Below, piece after piece: positions 15,905 to 22,405 of a stretch of 32,000 nucleotides of DNA. The notes beneath the pieces were generated by a model. That model was not told where the DNA came from. It worked only from the letters and a program-made list of their open reading frames with translations, and did no database searches. The stretch covers positions 1,260,001 through 1,292,000 of the forward strand of contig NZ_CP064923.1 of the NCBI RefSeq assembly GCF_018336915.1, given 5' to 3'. Both the position numbers and the translations under genes were made by a program. This stretch comes from Acaryochloris marina S15 (GTDB lineage Bacteria; Cyanobacteriota; Cyanobacteriia; Thermosynechococcales; Thermosynechococcaceae). Position 1 is the first letter of the stretch; each line of letters starts with the position of its first letter.

Positions 15905-17502
15905 TATTTGGACTCCTCCTGGAAGGTAGGTGTGACACCGAAGTTCATGCGTACACTGCTACCGGGAGAGAGTTTGACCAAACGCGAAGGGCTATTGCTT
16001 TCTATAAATTGGAGATTGGGTGCCAAGGTGTAACCGGGCAATGTGGTTAGGTCCAGAGCGCCGGTGCGAGGTCCAGGCAACACACATCTGACATGGAAGA
16101 GGCCATTCTCATCGGTTGTAATGCGATTGCCGTCATCCATCCAGACCACAGCATTGGGAACGCCAGGTTCTCCCGTTTGCTGTTCGCCATCAAAGTTTTT
16201 GTCAACAAAGACTCGACCTAAAATATTGCCACAGTCTGTAAGAATGCCTGGGTTCACCCGTACGCGGTGAACTACGGGGCCATCCCGGACATCTAGGTTG
16301 TTATCCACTCGGAATCCTAGAACCGAGGCGGAATTTCTGCCATCGCCTCTAATCGCATCTGGGGTGAGTTGGGCCGCATAGACGACATTGATCACGCCTT
16401 CTAAGGGGATGACTGCGTCGGTTCTAAAGGTTAGATTTTGGCCGTTTTGCTCAACCGTAATGGGAACTTCTGTTCCGTCTAGCGCCCCCCTGACTGAGTT
16501 GGGGAGTAACTTAAATCCGGCGGGTAAAATATCCTGCACCGAGATGGTGTCTAGCTCTCCATCCGACAGGTTGCGCAGGGTCAGACGGTAAATCACTGAA
16601 TCTCCGGGGGCAGCATTGGCCCGGTCCCCAGATTTACTGATTTGAATCTGATTGGTCTGGCATAGGGCGGAAGAGAAGTTTAGGGCCAATAACTGCAACG
16701 AGATTCGCTCAGCATCGCCAATGGTGGTTACCGTATCTTCAAAGTTGATGGCTCCTTCTGCGGCGATGGGCAAACCATCGAGGGAAGTAGCTGTATAGGT
16801 AACTAAGTTACGGTTGCCCGTCGGTATGATAGATGTAATCGTCAGACGAACTCGGCGCTGATTGTAGATGGACGCGTCCGGTGGTGTGACGACTAAGATG
16901 TAAGATTGACCAACAGAGAGCTGTCCCCGGCTAGGATCTAATAGATAGCTATAGGTCCCTTGGTCTGCATTGCTAAGGGGGAACGGATTTAAGTTAGACC
17001 CATTGGGGGTGATTCCCAGGGGAATACCATTATTGGGTAGATCAGGAACTTCTGTTCGAGTCAGTGAAACTAAACTACCCAGTTCCGATTGGGTTGGATC
17101 GGTGGGATCGATATTGTAGAGACCGACCGTAAATCCGGTATAGTCTGCCAGAGGTTCTCCGCCACAACCTAAGACTTGTCCACGGGGGTCGAGTAACGAA
17201 GGGTCCAACACGTTTGAAATCGGATTGGTGAAGCTTTCGATCAGCGTGTCAGTATTGGGATTGGTGTAGGAATATGAAGCGGTGTTATTGAGCAGATCTC
17301 TGGAATCTTCTTCCTCCGTTGTTTGGGCCCAAGATATTGCAGAACTCGAGAATAAACTGCTCAAAACCAAGGTTGAGGTCAGAGCACGAGCCCACCTGGG
17401 GAAGGATTGATTGGGGAATGGCAAGTGAGGTGGTCTCACGGGAGATATCTCCTCTGGAACAATCGGATAGAATCGCTGACTCTTTACAAGGTTGAAAAAC
17501 AC
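15904..17502 (-). CDS. Secreted three-module protein (gene C): prealbumin/CnaB-like, DUF11-like and SdrD-B-like domains
   Basis: Contains DPRGQVLGCGGEPLADYTGFTVGLYN, QISKSGDRANAAPGDSVIYRLTLRNLSDGELDTISVQDILPAGF (DUF11 pattern) and GRVFVDKNFDGEQQTGEPGVPNAVVWMDDGNRITTDENGLFHV (SdrD B-like pattern). The signal-like segment is RWARALTSTLVLSSLFSSSAISWA. The start is uncertain: GTG at 17502, no ATG upstream of the signal peptide. The stop overlaps the gene D start (TAATG). Confidence 0.75.
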   Translation of the reverse strand: MFFNLVKSQRFYPIVPEEISPVRPPHLPFPNQSFPRWARALTSTLVLSSLFSSSAISWAQTTEEEDSRDLLNNTASYSYTNPNTDTLIESFTNPISNVLDPSLLDPRGQVLGCGGEPLADYTGFTVGLYNIDPTDPTQSELGSLVSLTRTEVPDLPNNGIPLGITPNGSNLNPFPLSNADQGTYSYLLDPSRGQLSVGQSYILVVTPPDASIYNQRRVRLTITSIIPTGNRNLVTYTATSLDGLPIAAEGAINFEDTVTTIGDAERISLQLLALNFSSALCQTNQIQISKSGDRANAAPGDSVIYRLTLRNLSDGELDTISVQDILPAGFKLLPNSVRGALDGTEVPITVEQNGQNLTFRTDAVIPLEGVINVVYAAQLTPDAIRGDGRNSASVLGFRVDNNLDVRDGPVVHRVRVNPGILTDCGNILGRVFVDKNFDGEQQTGEPGVPNAVVWMDDGNRITTDENGLFHVRCVLPGPRTGALDLTTLPGYTLAPNLQFIESNSPSRLVKLSPGSSVRMNFGVTPTFQEESK

Positions 17503-17680
17503 TGTTTTTCAGGTTCAAAAAGATGTAAATGCAGTATTTTTGGATATAGGATCCCTATCAGGCCGCGATTTGAGCCTGAAAGCAGCATTTTTGCTGAAAA
17601 ATAATAAAGCTTAAGGCAGTTTGACCAGAGCTATGGATGAACCGAGGGAATGCTGGGATTCACCCATAGCTCCAAATTCG

Positions 17681-18241
17681 TTACTGAACTGCTACTTCAT
17701 AGACAGCTTGTACAGAAGCCATGGGCTTGAGGGATTCACTATAATCCCACTGAACATGGGTGTAAGCTTCAGCAGGAGCGGGCTCCATTTTGACTGTGCC
17801 GTCGGGCTGAGTTACTTCAACCATGGGCTTTTCAGAATAGCTTTGGCCACCGTCAATGCTATAGGTGAGCTTGGCACCGTTGGCGCGAGCAGAGTCCAAA
17901 ACAAAAGCAGTTTTGTTCGGAATAGGCTGGTTGATGGTTAGCTCAGCAGCAGACTTGTCTCCAGCATTCTCACTCAGCAAGGTATAGCGGAGGACATCAC
18001 CAGGACGGACAGTGACATTGCCTTCTACAGCATCCCAGGAGATTTCTTGCTTACCTTCAGCATCAGTCGTAACGATTTGCTTCTCTGCCGAGAGCACCAT
18101 CTTTACCTTGGGCTGGAGGATTTGCTGGACGAGAGCTTCGCCTGCTTTCTGCAAATTGGCAAGAACAGGAGTGCTGCTAGCGAAAGGAATGGCGACGGCT
18201 ACTGCTAAGACACCGAGACCGATTGATAGACGACGTTTCAT
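17681..18241 (-). CDS. Small secreted single-domain DUF11-like protein (gene B)
   Basis: Signal peptide MKRRLSIGLGVLAVAVAIPFASSTPVLA. One module follows with RPGDVLRYTLLSENAG...LTINQPIPNKTAFV...KLTYSIDGG...VYEVAVQ. Confidence 0.8.
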   Translation of the reverse strand: MKRRLSIGLGVLAVAVAIPFASSTPVLANLQKAGEALVQQILQPKVKMVLSAEKQIVTTDAEGKQEISWDAVEGNVTVRPGDVLRYTLLSENAGDKSAAELTINQPIPNKTAFVLDSARANGAKLTYSIDGGQSYSEKPMVEVTQPDGTVKMEPAPAEAYTHVQWDYSESLKPMASVQAVYEVAVQ

Positions 18242-18303
18242 GATGGGAAAACCTTTTGAATTCAGAAAAATGCTTTAACAAAATTGGTGTGAGACCGCGA
18301 TAA

Positions 18304-18340
18304 GAGTCAGGAAGTTGAAGTTGCCTTCACTTCCTGACTC
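18304..18340 (-). terminator. Strong hairpin 6 nt after the gene A stop (candidate terminator/attenuator)
   Basis: gagtcaggaagt (18304-18315) pairs with acttcctgactc (18329-18340). The inner gaag/cttc pairs extend the stem to 16 bp with a one-nt bulge and a ttgc loop. Gene B starts about 60 nt further downstream. Confidence 0.55.
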
Positions 18341-18346
18341 AATGCA

Positions 18347-21001
18347 TTACTGGATGCGACGGCGGAACTGGAATTGACCGGTTTGACCGGGGTCAACTTG
18401 ACCAACGGGGTTCTCATACTTATCCACTTTGGTTCCAGCAATGGGATCTGCAGTGGTTAAAGGAGCACCATCAGTGCTGTTGGTGAAATATTCCACTGTG
18501 CCTTGGTCAGCACTGGTGTTTTGCTCGTGGTCAGTAAAGGACGCCCAGTTGTTGTTGACGTTCTGCTCACCAGTACCCGCGTTTACAACAGGATTTCCAT
18601 CTTCAACAATCTCGAAGTTAAAGGCAGTTAGAGTGGTATTACCACTACCGACAACATCTGTCGAGAGGTTTTCATAGGTAATCCGGTACTCAATTTGGTA
18701 GTCCGGCTGCAGAGCAGTAGCAGGAGTATTATTCAAATTGTCCAGTACTGTTTGGTCCGAAGTCCAAGCTTGGATCAGTACACCATTCTCATCTAGAATC
18801 TGTACTTCCTTAGTCAACTTCATGAAGCCTGTATAGAGGCGATCAAGAGTTATGTTCGTAGTTGATTCAGGAGTACCGGTAAAGTTATACCCAGGAGAGC
18901 TAGTAGGATTATCATCTGCAAAGGCAAGGATGGGAACAGGAATCTCATCATTCGGGAGAACATCATCTGCAGTACCCGCTGCACTACCATCAGGTAAATC
19001 AACGACTGTCGTGTAATTTAAGGTGTCACCTGCATTTAAGTCACCGACATTAACATGTTTGAAGTTACCTGCAGTCTCAGGAGTTCCATCAGTACTGCTA
19101 CCGGTCAGGTCAAAGGTTGTCCCGTTATAAGTATATGTAGCAGACTGAACAACACCAGCATCGTCAGTCGCAGTAATCGTGACAGTTGTGCCAGTAGGGA
19201 TATCGCTGTTAGCGCCATATTGACCTGTTAATGTACTGTCATCCGTAGACTCTGCCTGGGTGGGAGAAATGGGTTGCAAGGTTACGTTCGAAATAAATCC
19301 AGAGCTAGCCGGATTTTGAATCGTGTTGTTAAAGGTTTCAGGTGCAGGGTCAAAGATATCGGTTGGACCCACCCCAGCAGGAACATCTGTGGTCTGATTG
19401 GTGAAATCATCGTTATCGTCCGTGGGACCGACAGCGCCAGGGACAGTATTTGGACCATTGAGGAGGTCGTCAGTACCCGCAGCGTCACCGATATTGACAA
19501 CGTTGTCTTCACCATCGGGGCCAGTACCCGTGTTGTTATTGCCGGTATCAGTTCCTTGGGTTACAGGGTCTGCAACACCAGTATCTCCAGTATTGGCGGT
19601 TGGGTCATAATTAGTACCCGTTGGATCCGGTGGGGTGCCATCATCGTTGAAGTTATTGGGATTGCTGTCACCAGACTCATCGTAAACAACTTCATCGTCA
19701 GGATCGCCGACGGTTTCACCAAATACCTGGGCAATGTTAGCAACCTGTCCACCAGTAGTCGGTAGACCATTAGTCACTACGGTGAACTGGAAAGGTCCCT
19801 GTACTGGATCTGTCCGAAGTACCTGTGGGTTTGTGTCACTTAAAGCTGCATCGTTATGGATAAAACCAATTCGAGTGACATCAGTTAATCCACCTGCCGG
19901 TAGGGCAGTGGTCCATAGGGCATTAGTTGCTGTGGTGGTCAGTGCTGTTTCGGTATAAACAACGGTCCAGCCAGCGGGGGCAGTCCCTGCCGCAGATAAT
20001 TCAGTACCAGCTGGAATTGCATCAGAGACTAAGATCTGAGGAGCGATTGTCCCATTGACACTAATATCTGTTCCTTCTAGATCAGCCGGAGTGAAAGCAG
20101 CATTAGGAGACGTATTTTCTACCGTTAGCCCTAAGTCATAGGTAATCAAATCGTCATTAGCAGCAGCCGTTGCACCAGGAGCGAGATTAGATGCAATTTT
20201 GGTGACAGTTGCTAAGGCTAAGGGACGGACGGAGCTAGCAAAAGGAATGCTGTTCTCGGCACTTGCTTCACGCTCGCCGTTGACGGGAGCACCATTGCCA
20301 GGATTCGCATCGATGGTACGAATGTCTCCTGTATTGGTATTTCCAGCTGCTGGATCTCCATCGCCTGTATCGGGTTGGTTTTGAGTGCTGGGGCTGTTGT
20401 TGTCAGGACCAGTACTACCCAAGGTGACGCCGACATCTGCACCTGCAGAGGTGCCAGCGGCAGGGGTACCTGTGACTTTCACTTTTAGAACAGTGTCAGG
20501 AGCCAGAGCGGCTAAGTTAATACCGGCTGCATCTAATAAGTTACCACCAGCGGCTGGAACTGTTGCGATGACTGCGCCTGTACCATCAATAATCTGAACT
20601 AGTGATGGAGTGAAGTTCTCAGTACCAATATTGTCAATACCTGGAATAAAAAGATCTGTCGCTGCGTTACCCACGTTAGTAACGTCGAAAACGAATTCTA
20701 AGGTATCACCAGCTTCAACAGCACCGCCATCTAAGTCAGTGAAACCGGCAGGAACTGCGGTCACACCTGCAACTTCTGCAACGGTGACGGTAACCGTATT
20801 AGATGTTGCATCAATGGTGGGTCCACCATTGGTTTCTGAATAGGTTGCAGTCGCGGTGTTACTGATTTGTTGACCAGCGGCTGTTCCGGCGGCGAAGGCT
20901 GGAAGAAGAGGTTGGACTAGGCCACCTGCCAATAAGGCTGCAATGGTAAGAGGGCCAAGCTTTCGTGGTCGTCTAGGGGACTTTGGTGTATCTTGAGTCA
21001 T
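18347..21001 (-). CDS. Secreted multi-module DUF11-repeat protein with acidic Asp/Gly/Thr/Asn/Pro-rich insert (gene A; candidate major surface subunit)
   Basis: ATG at 21001 (MTQDTPKSPRRPRKLGPLTIAALLAGGLVQPLLPAFA); an upstream in-frame ATG at 21085 is the track start. Modules begin ISNTATATYSE...TVTVAEVAGV and ATVTKIAS...ITYDLGLTVENTS...FQFTVVTNG. The C-terminal module reads MKLTKEV...PDYQIEYRITYENLS...TVEYF...GQFQFRRRIQ. The mature protein has no Cys. Confidence 0.8.
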   Translation of the reverse strand: MTQDTPKSPRRPRKLGPLTIAALLAGGLVQPLLPAFAAGTAAGQQISNTATATYSETNGGPTIDATSNTVTVTVAEVAGVTAVPAGFTDLDGGAVEAGDTLEFVFDVTNVGNAATDLFIPGIDNIGTENFTPSLVQIIDGTGAVIATVPAAGGNLLDAAGINLAALAPDTVLKVKVTGTPAAGTSAGADVGVTLGSTGPDNNSPSTQNQPDTGDGDPAAGNTNTGDIRTIDANPGNGAPVNGEREASAENSIPFASSVRPLALATVTKIASNLAPGATAAANDDLITYDLGLTVENTSPNAAFTPADLEGTDISVNGTIAPQILVSDAIPAGTELSAAGTAPAGWTVVYTETALTTTATNALWTTALPAGGLTDVTRIGFIHNDAALSDTNPQVLRTDPVQGPFQFTVVTNGLPTTGGQVANIAQVFGETVGDPDDEVVYDESGDSNPNNFNDDGTPPDPTGTNYDPTANTGDTGVADPVTQGTDTGNNNTGTGPDGEDNVVNIGDAAGTDDLLNGPNTVPGAVGPTDDNDDFTNQTTDVPAGVGPTDIFDPAPETFNNTIQNPASSGFISNVTLQPISPTQAESTDDSTLTGQYGANSDIPTGTTVTITATDDAGVVQSATYTYNGTTFDLTGSSTDGTPETAGNFKHVNVGDLNAGDTLNYTTVVDLPDGSAAGTADDVLPNDEIPVPILAFADDNPTSSPGYNFTGTPESTTNITLDRLYTGFMKLTKEVQILDENGVLIQAWTSDQTVLDNLNNTPATALQPDYQIEYRITYENLSTDVVGSGNTTLTAFNFEIVEDGNPVVNAGTGEQNVNNNWASFTDHEQNTSADQGTVEYFTNSTDGAPLTTADPIAGTKVDKYENPVGQVDPGQTGQFQFRRRIQ

Positions 21002-21085
21002 ATGATGTCGTCTTTGAGTTCTTGGTAATGGACAATAGGAAGATAGACATCTTCCGGCAGAGATGAGTTGTAACTGACCCGCCAT

Positions 21086-22405
21086 TGGCTGGGTTGGTTT
21101 CCTGTGGTTTTGAGCTGGACCCTCAAAACTTAGGGGTTATGGCTCAGTCTCTGCCTTCATCTCTAAGTGAGATTTTTAGAATTAAGAGCTTAAGCCAGTG
21201 AGCTGAAAAGTGGCGACTAATCCTTTCTTTGAAAGCCTGTTTTGGATTGAAAGCAACGCCTTACAGAATTATCAGTTCACCCAGGGGTTATTAACTTATT
21301 TATCAGTCTAGATTCAGTATGCCCTTTTTGGAATCCGGGATGACACCTAATTCTGGATAGTGAAGAGGTCGAATTGATTGTTGGTATTTGTTGAATGTTT
21401 GAAAATTATTCTACCTCAGTAAAAAAGCTTTTATAGAGAACGTTGGCATAAGTTGTCTATGCTAGTAAAAATCATAAAAGCTTTTCTAGTAAAGGATTAA
21501 TTCTCTTGTCGTGGTTGATGTATTAATGAATATCTAAGCTTTTATATATTTTTAAGTCAACGGATTTTGTGCTTTAATTTATAGCTACTTAAATAAGCCT
21601 ATTTTTTGAGGTCAGTATATATACAGAGAAGATTCAATAACGGATAAAAGATGGAAAGAAGTATTTGAATCCGTAGGTATAAAAAATAGAATCTCAGTGG
21701 TAATACTGATGGCTATGATGTGTGCATCCATAAATAAATCTCTATAGCTACCTTAGGGAGAGGATTGTAGCTTTTGTCACAGCTCAGGGCAGTGAATACC
21801 TTTTTGGTCCATAGATTGGGGTGCTAGTGGTTCTAGCTGTTCAGAAGAAGTGTGATCGGTCGGATCTTGCTATGGCTCAGGTCTGAAGTGGGTAGCTAGC
21901 AGGATTGTATGTAAGGTTTATGGATGGCTTGGGGAACTTTTGGGTAGAGTTGCCATCCCCAGCTTCTGAGCTATAACGATCGGCTACCTAACGATACGAT
22001 TACTCGGTGCTAACCTGTCAGTCCTCATCTTTCATCTTGCTTACTGTTGCAGATCTTCTGACAGAACTGGCTTTTTGCCTAAAGCAATGTTGGCTAAGTT
22101 AGCCGAAAAGATTATTTTGGTTTCGCGATGGTTCTCTAAACGATAGCTCCGAGCTATGGTTTGCGAGACATGAGTAACCGTAACCTTGACGGAGTCACCA
22201 TCAAAAGCTAGAGAAGTGGCGAATCAATGCAATCCTGCGGAGATCTAGAGACCATGCCTAGCTCTCTTTGAAGGTAAAAGAGGTATGAACAATCGCAATA
22301 TATGACTCTGCTCAGGCAGATTAGGTGTCGCTCCTTATTATTCAGGAGAAAACGTTGATTGTCGCCCTATTCCGCTATCTAGTTTCTACTGAAAGGCTTT
22401 TGGGT
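21086..22405. promoter_or_regulatory. 1.3-kb stretch with no ORF of 60 aa or more, upstream of gene A, with very AT-rich core
   Basis: No six-frame ORF of 60 aa or more is listed here. My hand count over 21421-21720 gives 87/300 G+C (about 29%). There are two perfect AAAAGCTTTT palindromes (21423-21432, 21476-21485) and a partial third (AAGCTTTT, 21536-21543). Confidence 0.5.

Noticed and set aside
19751-19765. LPTTG (an LPXTG-matching pentapeptide) inside gene A, which could hint at sortase-mediated attachment
   Set aside because: It is internal (residue ~441 of 912) and is not followed by a hydrophobic segment and basic tail. No sortase gene is present, and the organism is a diderm cyanobacterium. 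It is most likely a chance match in a T/G/P-rich protein.
20954-20980. Twin-arginine (Tat) signal in gene A (SPRRPRKLG), and KRRLS in gene B
   Set aside because: The residues after RR do not match the S/T-R-R-x-F-L-K consensus, and the hydrophobic cores look Sec-like. I kept only a note in the signal-peptide finding.
3633-21085. Classifying the locus as a known secretion/pilus type (chaperone-usher, type I/RTX, two-partner type Vb, type IV pilus, T9SS)
   Set aside because: I could find no PapD-like chaperone-sized gene, no ABC/MFP genes or GGxGxD RTX nonapeptides, no obvious POTRA-type N-terminus on D (it has PEA-rich and Ig-like domains instead), no pilin prepeptidase-type leader and no T9SS-like short CTD. 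None of these assignments can be supported from the sequence, though HMM searches could overturn this.
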